DNA from: Chiloscyllium plagiosum
Lineage: Eukaryota
Direction of reading: 5' to 3'
Length of the DNA: 46,547 nt
NCBI RefSeq assembly: GCF_004010195.1
Contig: NC_057759.1
Location: 4,690,054-4,736,600, forward strand
Shown here: piece by piece, positions 25,357 to 38,399 of the stretch
How positions within the stretch are numbered: the first letter of the stretch is position 1
How the letters are laid out: the number at the start of each line of letters is the position of its first letter
The notes under the pieces: generated by a model
Told to the model about the DNA's origin: nothing
The model's database searches: none
The model's input: only the letters and a program-made list of their open reading frames with translations
Made by a program: the position numbers and the translations under genes

Positions 25357-25795
25357 AGAACATAGAACATAGAAGAATATAGCGCAGTACAAGCCCTTCG
25401 GCCCTCGATGTTGCGCTGATCCAAGCCCACCTAACCTACATTAGCCCACTATCCTCCATATGCCTATCCAATGCCCGCTTAAATAAGTCACCCCTAAACC
25501 TTCTTTTCTCCAATGAAAACAACCTCAAGTGCCTCAGCCTTTCCTCATACGATCTTTCTACCATACCAGGCAACATCCTGGTAAACCTCCTCTGCACCCG
25601 TTCCTGTGCCTCCACATCCTTCCTATAGTATGGCGACCAAAACTGCACACAATACTCCAGATGCGGCCGCACCAGAGCTTTATACAACTGCAACATGACC
25701 TCAGGACTCCGGAACTCAATTCCTCTACCAATAAAAGCCAGTACACCATATGCCTTCTTCACCGCACTATTTACCTGGGTGGCAACTTTCAAAGA
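25357..25795 (-). mobile_element. Young 5'-truncated CR1
   Basis: LYKALVRPHLEYCVQFWSPY; (CATAGAA)n tail; internal deletion relative to the copy at 44422. Confidence 0.92.
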
Positions 25796-26121
25796 TTGTT
25801 GTTTTGAACATGGCACCAGTGCCAGGGATCATGGAATATCCAGGAGTATCCATGCGATAGCCAGTATCTCCAGCCATGATTGGTGGGTAAATGGAGCTAG
25901 CATTAAATGAGATGGCCACCATGGGTTCGGGTAGGTAGTTAATGAGGTGAGTTTGAAACAATAACAGCAAAAACTAACTTAGCGTCGTGCAGACGACCCC
26001 CAGTCATATTCAATGAAAATTTAAATGAGACAAATTATTGTTAGATTCAGCGCAGACGAAGACTGTGCTGACCCCACTCCCCACAAAGCTGCAGAGCAAA
26101 TTCTGATGGAAAACTTTCCAC

Positions 26122-26396
26122 CATGCTGCCTCACAGCGCCTGAGACCCGGGTTCTATTCCCGCCTCAGGCGACTGACTATGTGGAGTTTGCACGTTCTCC
26201 CCGTGTCTGCGTGGGTTTCCTCCGGGTGCTCCGGTTTCCTCCCACAGTCCAAAGATGTGCAGGGTCAGGTGAATTGGCCATGCTAAATTGCCCGTAGTGT
26301 TAGGTAAGGGGTAAATGGTGGGTTTCGCTTCGGCGGGTCGGTGTGGACTTGTTGGGCCGAAGGGCCTGTTTCCACACTGTAATGTAATCTAATCTA
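26122..26396 (+). mobile_element. HE1-type V-SINE (5' slightly truncated)
   Basis: B box, V-domain GTGGAGTTTGCACGTTCTCCCCGTG, CR1-like 3' end and (TAATC)n tail. Confidence 0.92.
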
Positions 26397-26454
26397 AAAA
26401 AAGGAAAAGTCGATAAGTTGACATTTTCGAAAAAAGGCAGGGCAAGTGATAAAG

Positions 26455-28850
26455 GTGTGAGCGTGGGAGCAATTTGGGAGTCGGCGTTCAGAATTTAAAT
26501 TGTTGTAAAATAGAAATGGAAAAAGGTAAACTGCACCTAATAAAATTAAACTTCCACATTGGAGGATGGCCAACTCCGATGTCATTGGACAACTACTTTC
26601 AAAAGTTGATTGGGGCAGATATTCGCAGGTAAAGAGAGAAGTTGAGGTTCCGATCAAGAATAAGAACAAAATATATTTGTCAGTTGTTGACAGCATGGAT
26701 CCTGTGAATCCCTCGTAGGGCAGCAGGTCAGAGGGAATCTTAAAAGGAGTATCAGGCGAGCAAAATGGGGATATGAGATAGCTTTGGTAAATAGAGTTAA
26801 GGAGAATCTAAAGGGATTGTACAAGTACATGAAGTACAAAAGAGTAACTGGGAAGAGTATAGGGCCCATCACAGATAATCAAGGCCACCTATGTATGGAA
26901 CCACTGGAGATTAGTGCCTTATTAAACGAGCATTTTGCAGCAGTGTTTACTGTGGACAGGAATATAGAAGCCAGAGAACTTGTGGAAATAAGTAGCGACA
27001 TCCTCAAAAATGTCCATATTGCAGAGTATGCTGCACTGGACATTTAAAGCTTAAAAAATGGATAAATCCATCAGACCTGATCAGGTATACCCGCAAGCAT
27101 TTTTGGGAACCTACAGACGAGGTAACTTATCCTTGCTGAGAGATCATCTTTGTACCATCTATAGTCAGAGATGAGGTGCATGAAGACCGGAGTTGGCCAG
27201 TGGCACGTGATACCATTATTTAGAAAAGGTGATGGAGAAAATTCCAAGGAAGCAAAAACCAGTGATCCTCTCATCTGTGGTGTGCATGTTGTTAAAGGGA
27301 TATTTTGATGTATTTTGAGTGACAAGGGCCATTAAGTGGTCGGCATAACGGCTTTGAGCGCAGGAGATCGTGTGTCACTTAATTGACCAAATTGTTTGAA
27401 GAAGGGACGAAGAGGATTATTGAAGGCAGAATGGTGGACATTGTCTTTATGAACTTCAGTAAGGTGTTTGACAAAATAATGCATGATAGACAGTTGAAAA
27501 AAAAAGATAAATCGTACGGAATACGAGGAGAATTACCCACTTCGATACGAAATTAGTTTGAAGATAGGAGACTAGGTGCCGGAGGTTTGCATTTCAGACT
27601 AGAGACCTGTGACCAGTGGCGTGTCACAAGGATCAAAGCTGGGTCCACTGCTTTTCGTCCTTTATGGAAATGATTTGGATATTAAGCAGATGGTTAATGA
27701 GTTGGCAGATGATGGCAAAATTGAAGGCGTAGTGAACAGGGAAAAAGGCTACCACAGCCTACAACGGGATCTTGAGCAGATAGACCAATAGACTGAGGTG
27801 TGGCTGAGGCAGTTTAATGTGGATAAATGTAAGATGCTGCATTTTCGAAAAGCATATCACAGCAGAACTTGTACACTTAATGGGAAGATCCTGGATATTG
27901 GCTGAATAAATATACCATGGAGTGCAGTTTCATAATTCCTGAAAAATGGAGTCTCAGGTATACAGGATAGTGAAGAAAGCTTTTCGTTTGTCTACCTTTT
28001 TTGGTCAGTGCGTTGAGGAGAGGCGTTGGGTGTCATGGTTTGGCGGTATACGACATTGGTTAAGTCACTATTGGAATACTGCTTTCAGTTCCAGTGTCCA
28101 TGCTATAAGAAGGATGTTGTGAAACTTAGAAGGGGTCAGAAAAGATTTAAAAGCATGTTGCTCGGATTGAAGGGTTTGACCGATGGGGGAAGCTGAAGAG
28201 GCTATGGCTGTTTTACTTCGAGCGTAGGAGACTGTGAGGTGACCTCATCGAGGTTTACAAAATCGTGAGGGGCATAGATAGATTAAATTGACAAGGTTTT
28301 CTCTTCCCCCGGGTAGGGGAGATCAGAATCAATGGACCTACATTTAGAACGAGAGGGGAATGATATAAAATGGACCTAAGATTATAATTAGGTTAGATTA
28401 CTTACAGTGTGGAAACAGGCCCTTAGGCCCAACAAGTCAACACCAACCCGCCGAAGCGCAAACGGGCCAGACCCATTCCCCTACATTTACCCCTGCCCCT
28501 AACACTACGGGCAATTTAGCATGGCCAATTCACCTAACCTGCACATTTTTGGACTGTGGGAGGAAACCGAAGCACCCGGAGGAAACCCACGCGGACACGG
28601 GGAGAATGTGCAAACTCCACACAGTCAGTCGCCTGAGCTGTCTGTATGAAGCGAATTGCCAGAGGTAGTGGTGGAGGATAGAATAATTACAACATTTATA
28701 AGCCATCCTGATGGGTACATGAATAGGAAGTGTTTAGAGGGGTATTGTGCAAATGTTGCCGCATTGAACCAGATTAATTTATCATGTCTGGTCAGCATGA
28801 ACGAATTGGACCAATGGATCTGTTTCTACGCAGTATAATTCTACAACTCT
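26455..28850 (+). mobile_element. Decayed CR1 ORF2, interrupted by a SINE
   Basis: LNEHFAAVFT, TSGVSQGSKLGPLLF and LQRDL. Confidence 0.9.
28388..28637 (-). mobile_element. HE1-type V-SINE nested in CR1
   Basis: Reverse complement of the 26122 SINE body. Confidence 0.92.
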
Positions 28851-29949
28851 ACCTGAATTCACACCAATATCCCATTCTTCCATCATTCCTGGGAGCTGGT
28901 CTATACCTCAAGATGTTATAGAAATGTCTTCACTTCAACATTCTGAAACCTGTGGACATATCCTTCTATAGTACTGTCTCTCAGGCTCGCCCGTCTACCG
29001 ATATCAAACATCCCTCCCATTTGTGGGTATTTAAACTGATCCCTTTGACCTCTATTCATACCCACAGCAGCCATTCCCATGGCACAATTGAGCTCTAAAT
29101 GAATGGGAGCTGCACATCCGGTATCTTCCAGCATGGGCTGCAAGTTTTGCACTCTGGGCAGCAATCTAACACAGTGTTACTGAGCAGTGCACTGTGGTCG
29201 TATACACCGGTGTACATGCTGGGAAGACAACTGCTACAGGTTTACCTGTCAATGCACAGATCTGGTTTGTACATTGTTCCCCTCTGGAATGTTTGCAAGG
29301 TTGCATTGAGCAGTACACTGCACTCGCAAATTTATCCATGCTGAGCATATATTTCATCTGGATTTATGGTGTCTGGGCTAGATTTGTGAGGTGGATTAAG
29401 AATGTGATGCAACTACCCATGTCAGCTGTTCTGGCAATGGTTTTATTTTATGTTTTCATTATTGTGATTGGCAACTCTAAAGTCTGTCTCCTTCAACTAG
29501 TCCCAAACCTCTGTTTACAATGATGTTTCTGTAACTTGTTTTCCATTATATAGCTGCCCAGATGTAATGTGAATAATTGTTCTGCATCTTTCCCTGGAGA
29601 ATTGGGTTCCATTGTTAAGGAACTTAGAAGCGATAAAAAAAAGGCTCACGCTTTTGATTACGTCCCAGTGCCCTGGTGTGCTGCATGTTGGGGATGGGGT
29701 TTTCAGCAGCTAAGAGACACGCCTTTGAAACTTGTTCTGTGCCTGTACACTGAACGCCAGAGTTAGCCATTCCCTGCTGACCATGTGTTCAGGAATATGA
29801 ATAATCCACATGACTGTTAATAATTCAGGCAAGGGCTTTAACTTGGAGTTGAGTGGCGTTTGAATTAATTCGAGATTTGGAAATTTATGGAAACGTTGGG
29901 AACGGTTTCCTGGAGATTGTCTTAAAGCTGGTGCGAACATACATGAGAT

Positions 29950-31740
29950 ATCCTTAGTGAGCAAGGTGAAGGAAAAACCCTTTAATTAAAATATAGGGAG
30001 CAAGAGGGTAACTAGGAAAAGGGTTGGCCCACTCAAGGAAAAAGGAGGAAAGACATGAGTAGAATAAGAGAAAATGGGTGAAATTGATAATTAGTACTCT
30101 GCATCGGTATTCCCTCGAGGATAGGGGCATGGCAGAGCTGAGGTCATGTTTACTCGAGGTAAAGTTGACATAAGGAGGGATGAAGTGTTGTGTATTCAAA
30201 AAGGCATTAAAGTGGACAAGTCCCAAGGTCAGAATAGGATCTGTCCCAGGATACTGATTGAAAGAAGAGAAGTAATAGCTGAGGGTTTAACAGATATCTT
30301 TGCAACATCCTTGAACACCGGGGAGGTCCCAGAGGACAGGAGAATTGCTAATATTTCCCCTTGTTTAAGAACGGTAATAGGGATAATCCAGGTAATTACA
30401 GACCTGACATCAGGGGAAGGGAAGCTATTGGAGAAGATACTGTGGGATAGACTATGTACCTATTCGGAAGAAGATGGGCTTACCTTTGATAGACAGCATG
30501 GTTTTGTTGCAGGAAAGGTCATGCCCTAAAAACCCAATAGATTACTATGAAGAGGTGACAAAGTTGATTAATGAGGGAAGGGATGTAACTGTCCGATTTA
30601 GGGCGGCGTTTCATAATGTTCACCATGGAAGGCTGATGAAGAAAGTGAAGTCGCATGGGGCACAGGGTGTTCTAGTTAGATGGATTGAGAACTGGTTCGG
30701 CAACAAGTGTCAGAGAGTAGTAATGGAAGGGAGCTTCTCGAAGTGGAGACTTGTGACCAGTGGTGTCTTACAGGGATCCGTGCTGAGACCGTCTTGTTTA
30801 TGATGTGCATAAATGATTTTGAGGAAGGTGTAGGTTGCCTCATTAGGAAGTTTGCAGACACTACAAATGGTGGAGTATCAGATAGTGATGTAACTGTCAG
30901 AGAATACAGCTGATTATAGATAAATTGGAGAATTGGGCAGAGAAAAAGCAGATGCAGTTCAATCCAGGCAAATGCTAGGTGATGCAGTTTGGAAGATGCA
31001 ATTTCAGAGGCAACTCTGTAGTAAATGGAAAAGTCCTGGGAAAATTAATGTGCAGAGATATCTCGGCATTCGGGTCCATTATTCCCTGAAAATAGCAACG
31101 AATGGCAGTATAGTGACAAGAAGGCATAATGAATACAACAGTTGGCTGGTCATGTTGCAGTTGAGTAAGGTTTTGGTTTGGCCACATTTGGAATGCTGCA
31201 TATAGTTCTGGGGGTTGCCAAATTACCAAAAGCATGTGGATGTTTTGGAGAGAGTGCAGAGAGGAATTTCGCCTGAATGTTGCCTTGTATTGTTTGGGGG
31301 GTGGGGGATGGGAGGAAAGGCGTGATAGTTATGAGTAGATTACGATTATTTTCGTTGGAAAAAAGGAGGTGGGTGCAACGATAAGGGCCTACAAACTCAA
31401 GAGAGTGTAACAGGGTAGATAGTAGGAAATATTTTCCGGAGTGGGGGATTCCCTTTCTCTAAGTCCCGAGTTCAAATTGAGAGGCGAAAAGTTTAGTGCA
31501 GATATACGTGGAAAGTTCTCCACGCAGAGATTTGTGGGTGCCTAGAATGCGCTGCCAGTGGAGGTGATATGGGCGGAATTGATAACGTCATTCAAGATAT
31601 ATCGAGACAGACTCATGAGTGGACTGGGAGCAAAGGGATACAGATAACTAGAAAGTAGTTGGGAGCTTTAGATAGATGATCTGGATTGGCGTCGGTTTGG
31701 AGGACCCATAGAATATGTTCCTGTGCATTCTTCGTTCTAA
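29950..31740 (+). mobile_element. Decayed CR1 ORF2 with 3' end
   Basis: GEVPEDRRIANI, QHGFV, VTSGVLQGSVL and PHLECCI. Confidence 0.9.
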
Positions 31741-31884
31741 GACCAGAGAATTACGTTTCCCATTCTCTGTGAGTCACTCATGGTAACTGTAGAGAAAGCA
31801 TCTAAGTTGGCAACATGACCAGCAAATGGAGCAGAGGCTTCAGAGAGGGGAATCTCTGTAAATTGGAATGAGGAGTCAAAATTA

Positions 31885-32595
31885 GGTTAGCCATGATGTT
31901 ATTGAATGGGAAATCAGGATTGAATGGCCCGCTCATGCAACTGTAACATACATTTCTGTTTGTAACAAGCCCATTGCCCTTCTCTCCAAATATACTATGC
32001 TGGTGGGGAGTGAGTCACCGCCTCCTGCTCCTGGGTTACAGGATCCTGGGGGATCACTAGACTCCAGATTTTCCTGTATCCCACTCTCGAGAAATTGAAT
32101 GACTGCCTCCTGTTCCTGTGTACGAGATTTGCGAAAGTAGATATCCTCCTCTTGCTCCTGAGTAACAGGCTCCAATAGTTGTCTTGTCTGCTGCTGCTCC
32201 TGTGTAATTGGACTGAGGGACTGAATGGCCTCGTCACTTCCGTTACAGCTTCTCTTGATTGAAATCCTTTCTCTTGTTTCTGTAAACTAGTCTCAAAATC
32301 TGAATGATATATTAGTATTTCTTGTTTCCCTTGCTGCAGTTGAACAACAAACTGACTAGTTGTGCTTTTGTATGGCAAATCCGAGAAGCTGAATGGCCTC
32401 ATCTTGTTCCTGTGTAACAGGCTCGAGAGGCTGAAATGCCTCCTCTTTTCCCTACATAAGATGCTCAAGAGGCAGAATGGACGACTCCTGTCCCTCTGTA
32501 ATAGTCTCCAGAGGCTGAATGGTCTCCTGCTGTCCCTCTGTAATAGGCTTGAGGAGCTCTGGTATCCCTCTGTAACCGGACTGAGCCATTAAATG
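31885..32595 (+). repeat. Degenerate tandem array (unit about 37-38 nt) resembling the CR1 3' terminus
   Basis: Recurrent GGCTGAATGGCCTCCTNNTGTTCCTGTGTAACAGGCTC units. Confidence 0.75.
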
Positions 32596-33416
32596 ACACA
32601 GCAGCCCATGCATTATGAGCAGCCGGTAAACTGTATCAGACGGAGGTCACTCCCTTCTCAGTTACATTCGCACAATCAATGCAATATACTCCAAGTGTCC
32701 TCTCAGTAATAACGTGTGCAACTGCAGTAACAATTCCCAAAGTTTTGAATGATTCCCTTTGCAAAATGTGCCAACATTCAAGTTTACCGCCTCTTCAAGT
32801 GGTAATAGGTTAGTATGGGTTGAATGGACTCATACTATCCCTCTCTGATACTGAAATGGGGACAATATTACTCCACCAGTATTGCTGAGTAGCAACCTTA
32901 ATGCTCTCAATGATGATTTGAAGTTTTTAAAATAAGAAGCAACATTAACCAAAGTGATTAGCAATAAAAGTTGTTACCCCCTGGTTTGTGATCTCTGAAA
33001 ATTTTCCCAAAGCCATTTTATGTAGCTGGTCTGTTATTTCATTCCTGTCTTCGAATATGAACAGAGAAAGATTAAAAAGATTGAAAGATATATATACTCA
33101 TCCCTCAGCAACCTCATACATTCTATCCAGACTGAGTAAATTTTCCCTTTTATTGTGTTATAGGGAGTGTTGTAAGGAAGGGGTTAACTGAACCTGTTTG
33201 TTTTGTGACTGTGATTAATTTCTGTCTCCATGGATTCGACTTATCCAATTGGGGGGGGGGGGGGGCATCTATTAATGATAACTGAGCTCCGTTCAATGTG
33301 TTATCAAAATTGTATGAGCAGGAACATCACAGGCAGCACTAACAGGGATCAGCAGCTCCAGACAGTGGGGGAGGAGACATCATAATCTGAGAAAACTAGA
33401 CTGGAATATTACAACA

Positions 33417-33597
33417 ATGGACCAGAATCTGAGAACGTCAGACGGGAATGTTATAACAATGAACAGGAAGTTTTCTGGGGCTGTTTGGATGATTGTGACG
33501 TATTATGTCCGGCTGTCATTAGCATCGCGGATCTATTACACACTTACGGTTATTCATTATTTATACTATCCGATCCTGGCTATCGTTGGTGTCCCTG
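33417..33597 (+). CDS. First coding exon of a GPR139/GPR142-like class A GPCR (N-terminus and start of TM1)
   Basis: Kozak-like ACAATGG start; ...IHYLYYPILAIVGVP then a phase-1 donor G|GTAAGT; no downstream TM exon recognised in the window. Confidence 0.75.
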
Positions 33598-34099
33598 GTA
33601 AGTCTCACTGTCCAGAAAGTACTTCTACAATCAATATTTAACTGCAGTATGGTTATTATCATAACTCTACAATCCTTGCTGCTGTTATTGTTCTAGATGA
33701 GGCTCTGATCCCCAGTATTCACTCCACAAACCAGTGCTAACTGCATCACTGCACTTATTCATTAGCTCTCTCTGTGTCCCTTACGAGTCTTTCTGTTGTC
33801 CTATTCAGTTTCCGCTGTTAACCACGATTCTTTGATCACTTCCCTTATTATTTAAATTTTGTGAGCATGGAGATCACTGGTTGTGATCTCTATTTCCTTC
33901 ATCTGACTCAATCTCATTCAGCCAATATCTGAGGCTGAAACAGACGAATCACAGCTGTGGTGATCCCTTTGGGCATGAAATGATTTCTGGCACAATAACC
34001 TGACCATTCCTAATTTTATCGACTGACACCTCCAGAATGTACTTCAGTGGCTTATCCCATCTGCTATTTGAATATTGAGCTATGAAATGCAGTCCTAAT

Positions 34100-34360
34100 G
34101 TTGTCACTAATCTGCTTCTGACACTCCCAGCCTCAAAAGTGCAGAAGCAAATCTGATTGAATGCTCCATGACTCGTATTCTAACTCAAAACCAAATCCCA
34201 TCCATCTATCATTTCTCTGTGCACTCACAAATATTGTTATTGAGTCTGGCAATGCATTCACTTTAATGTTCCCAGGACCACATCACATCTATCCATGTAA
34301 CCTCCATCAATTTCACTTTGTCTATTACCCAAGCCTCTGCTGGTTGTTCAGCTTTAAGCT
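34100..34360 (+). mobile_element. Possible old L2 fragment
   Basis: Weak match to the L2 ORF2 C-terminus (RILT..K..). Confidence 0.3.
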
Positions 34361-35289
34361 GATTTCCTCATGTGTATTCCCTCTCAAACACCGATTTCCA
34401 CGTAAACCACCGACATGCTCCATTTCCCAAATCTCTCCCTCTCCTTCTCTCTCCACCTTTCTCTTCACAGTCTCTCTCTCACCTCTCTCCCCCACCACCC
34501 CATATCCCCCCGCCCCACACACACAGTGAGAGACACGCACCACTCCTTGCCTTTTACTGTTGCAATAGAGACAAAATGTTGTGGGTTCACCATTTACTGT
34601 CACCCATTTCATAGTCTACAAGTTTCGCCGATTGAGACAGTTATCTACTGCAAGTATAGTTCTAACAAACTAGCAAAGGTTAACAATTGTACTCTTGCTC
34701 GCCAGGTAGTCCAATTTTTTTGAATAATACACGAGCATAATTTGCATATTTCCCCAGGCTGGACTGTCATTTTGTCCACGGTTAATATGTTTGGGCTGTT
34801 TCTGCGACTCAATTTCAGAATTTGGTCAAACCAACCATTTCAAATAATCTCCAATGTCTTTGTTCATCTTCTCCTTCTTGTGATTGAATGCTCCAAGTTC
34901 TCACTTCTCCAAGTAGTCCCACACCCCTGACCTTTTGTCCATATGTACACACCATGTCTCAGATAATTAAATGAATCTTAAATGTGAATCTCGCTGTCAC
35001 CCTGTGTCTGTCCCTGGTCTTGGTTCTTTAGTTTCTAGTATATCGAATGCTAGCACTGCGAAGCTCAGAAATAATGAAATGCTTCGTGTCAGGCTGTTCA
35101 AATTCTGACGTGTCACAAATGATGCTCCAAGTTGGATAGGGGGTTTCAAAAGATTTGGCTAACATCTTCGAAACTTGGTCTGTGCCACCCTACTGAATGT
35201 CTGTGTTTGTCTCTCTCAGCTGATCGTGTGGTCAGTACAACAGCAAAGACCCTCGGGTATTATTGTAAAGAACCAGACATCTAGCTTGA

Positions 35290-36260
35290 ACTTGAGGGGC
35301 TTCTGACTGACTCCTGTTTTTAAAACATTTAGTGGAGGTGTTGTGGATGGTTTGCTGAAGGTTGTGCTGTGAGCTGACGGAGACATCCTGGGCGAGTGGA
35401 GTATATGGTTCCCAACTCGGGATGGAGCATGGGGACTGTAGGTACAACATTTACGAGAGGCACGGTGGCACAGTGGCACAGTGGTTAGCAGTGCTGCCTC
35501 ACAGCGCCAGAGACACGGGTTCAATTCCTGCCTCAGGCGACTCTGTGTGGAGTTTGCACATTCTCCCTGTGTCTGCATGGGTTTCCTCCGTGTGCTCTGG
35601 TTTCCTCCCACAATCCAAACATTTGCAGGTTAGGTGAATTGGCCATGCTAAATTGCCCGTAATTTAGGGGAATGGGTCTGGATGGGTTACGCTTCGGCGG
35701 ATCGGTGTGGACTTGTTTCTACACTGTAAGTAATGTAATCTAATCTGGGTCTGTAACACGAACAAGAAATGCAGCAGAAGCTGCAGAGAATGGAAGCTCT
35801 GAAACCAGGGAGTGAATGCACGTAGGGAAAGCGATCTGCCATTACCACCCCAGGCTTTCCAAGAACAGCTTTCCAAGCTGCACTTAACGCAGGAGCAGAG
35901 TGCGAAGGTCCCTGAAAAAAAAACAAGGAACTGGTCACGGAGCGGTGTCACGGCCTGCAGCTTCACACCATGTGGAGGTCGGTGCTGCCAGTGGCTGTTA
36001 GGATCACAGTTTCATTCAGCTTCTATGATCCAAACCTTGCTAGTCAGGTGTGGGTGACAATCCTTCAACTCACAGAATGTCGCCCACGCGTTGATGGAAG
36101 ATATATTTGATGGATGATTAAGTACAATGTTTTCTCCCTCTGAAGGGAGCAGTCGGACCTATCCTTGTATTCCCGGTTTAGAGTGATTCCAGAAGGTGTG
36201 TGGTTCAATAATTTCCCGTGATGCCTGTATAAATGTTGAGATGTAGAGGTACTGAAGAAG
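35290..36260 (-). mobile_element. Possible Tx1/L1-like ORF2 3' remnant split by the SINE
   Basis: Cys-rich CSFC motif in the minus-strand translation; heavily decayed. Confidence 0.3.
35459..35746 (+). mobile_element. Full-length HE1-type V-SINE
   Basis: A box TGGCACAGTGG, B box GGTTCAATTCC, V-domain and TAATC tail. Confidence 0.92.
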
Positions 36261-36274
36261 CTGTCACTCCATTA

Positions 36275-36412
36275 ATAAAAACCGAAAACATTGAGGATGC
36301 TGTGATTCAGAAACAATAAACAAAATTTCTGGGAAAGCTCAGCAGGTCAAGTAGCATCTATGAAGAGAGCTGTGCATTAATGCTTTATCTCGAGTGACTC
36401 TTTCACAGAACT
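36275..36412. mobile_element. Penelope-type terminal fragment
   Basis: GGATGCTG...AAAGCTCAGCAGGTC..AGCATC family. Confidence 0.55.
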
Positions 36413-36419
36413 AGGGCTT

Positions 36420-37297
36420 CTTATTCAAATTTTTCCCCTTTAACTTGTGCCCATCAGTTTGCCACGCACTATCTCTTTGCCCTATCCATGCCCATCATGA
36501 TTTTAAAAACCTCTATAAAGTTACCCATCAGCCTCCGATGTTCCAGTGAAAATCGCCCCAGCTGGTTCAGCGTCTCCATTTAGCTCATACCCTCCGAACC
36601 TGGCAATATCCTTATGATCTTTTCTGAACTCTATCAAGTTTCACAACTTCCTTTCTTTGGTAGGAGAACAAAATTGCACAAAAGTGCCTCAAACATTGCC
36701 CTGTCCAGAAGCAACATGACTGCCTAACTTTTATATTCATTGTCCTGACCAATAAAGTCAAGCATATCAAATGACTTCTACATTACCCTGTTTACTGGAC
36801 AACCTGTCCAACTCCAAGGAACTATAAACTTGCACTCTAAGATCTCTTTGCTCGGCAAAGCTTTCCATGATTTAACCATTAAACGTGTAAGTTCTGCCCT
36901 GATTTACTTTTTTCAAAGTGTGACACCTCACATTCTTCTGAATTAAACTGTCACTATTTGGCCCAACTGATCAAGGTCTCATTGTATTCTGTGATAACAT
37001 TCTTCACTGTCCGAACTCCACCAATTTTGGTGTCACCTGTAAACTTTATAAGCTTTCTTCCTGTATTCTCATTAAAATCATTTCTGTAAATAACAAAATA
37101 AAACACGGAATCCACCTTCGATTCCTGTGTTACACCGCTGGTCAAAGGCCTCCTGTCCGAAAAGCAAGACCCACTGCCACCCTCTATTTCCTATCTTCTA
37201 GCGAATTTTGTATCGAAATAGGTAGTTTTCCATGCATTCCATGTGATCGAACCATTTTAGCCAGTCTGTCATGAAGAGCCTTGTCGAAGGCCTTGAC
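36420..37297 (-). mobile_element. CR1 RT fragment
   Basis: TSGVTQ and KFTGDTKIGG. Confidence 0.85.
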
Positions 37298-38399
37298 TTC
37301 ATTGAATTCCAATTCCTACAGTTGTTGCCGCACACGGCAGATCATGCAGGACAAAAAAAAAGAGAACTTAATTTTTCACGTGGAAAGAGGCATTCATTCC
37401 AGCGGCAAATACCTGATCGCTGAGCCAAGGAATAGGAGAATAGGAGAATAGACAAGCTGCATGTTTGCTTAGAGGGATTAAATAGAGGTAGGGATTTCGA
37501 TTTTTCGGGACTCAGGGGAACTTAGGATGTGTACAATCCACATAGTTTGCGCCACAGCAGCAACAGTACCAATATGCTTGCAGGGACACTGGGACAGACT
37601 GGGGGGGGGGGGTGGTGGTGGGGACGATTTACACCGGAGTGGAAAGCAAATGGGAACCAAAGCTGGGAGACAAGGAAATGACAGAGCAGTTCGACAACTA
37701 CCTTAGTGCTGCCTTAATAGAAGAATACACAGATAATTTCCCAGAAATGCTAGGGAGATAAGTCTATATAGGGAAGGAAGCATTGAAGGAGACTAATATG
37801 AGTAGGGAACAGTGCTGGAGAAATTAATCGGAGTGAAATGATGTGAAAGGTCATTTTGTTGGAACTCTTACTGATTATTCATTATTTATATTTATTATTG
37901 TATCAATTTTGATTTGGAGCTAAAGATGACTTATATACATTGGAATAGCTTGTGGCAAAAGGAAACGAACAAGCATGTGTTCGTGTTTTTAATGAATGTC
38001 CACTATCCTGGCAGCAGCCAAAGTCTCTTCGTTAAGAAGCAGTCAGCCATTCCCAACGTCTTCGGGTCTCCACGGAGAAAAAACATGGCCTCTCGGACAA
38101 AGACCATCGACTTGATACACCCTCCCACTCAGCACTGTCTACCACCAACCAACCACAACAACACATTGCATGTGTTTTGAGGACAATGGGCCGCAATGAA
38201 CATCAGGGAGCAGACCATCACGGAGGCGAAGCAACACTTCTGATATCTTAACGATACAGAGTGAACCCTCTGGTAAACGCAATGTGTCTCCATTTCAGTA
38301 ACATACTGCCTTTATTTCTTTCTGAAGAGAGAAATTGACAGGTTATATGTTATATTTATGTTATATTCTACCTGCCAAACTATTACCCATTGACTTCTG

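Noticed and set aside
35220..35285. Second exon of the GPCR
   Set aside because: Good acceptor, but the phase-1 reading gives ADRVVSTTAK...* with no TM1/TM2 continuation
35459..35540. tRNA gene
   Set aside because: The A and B boxes belong to the tRNA-derived head of a SINE, followed by the V-domain
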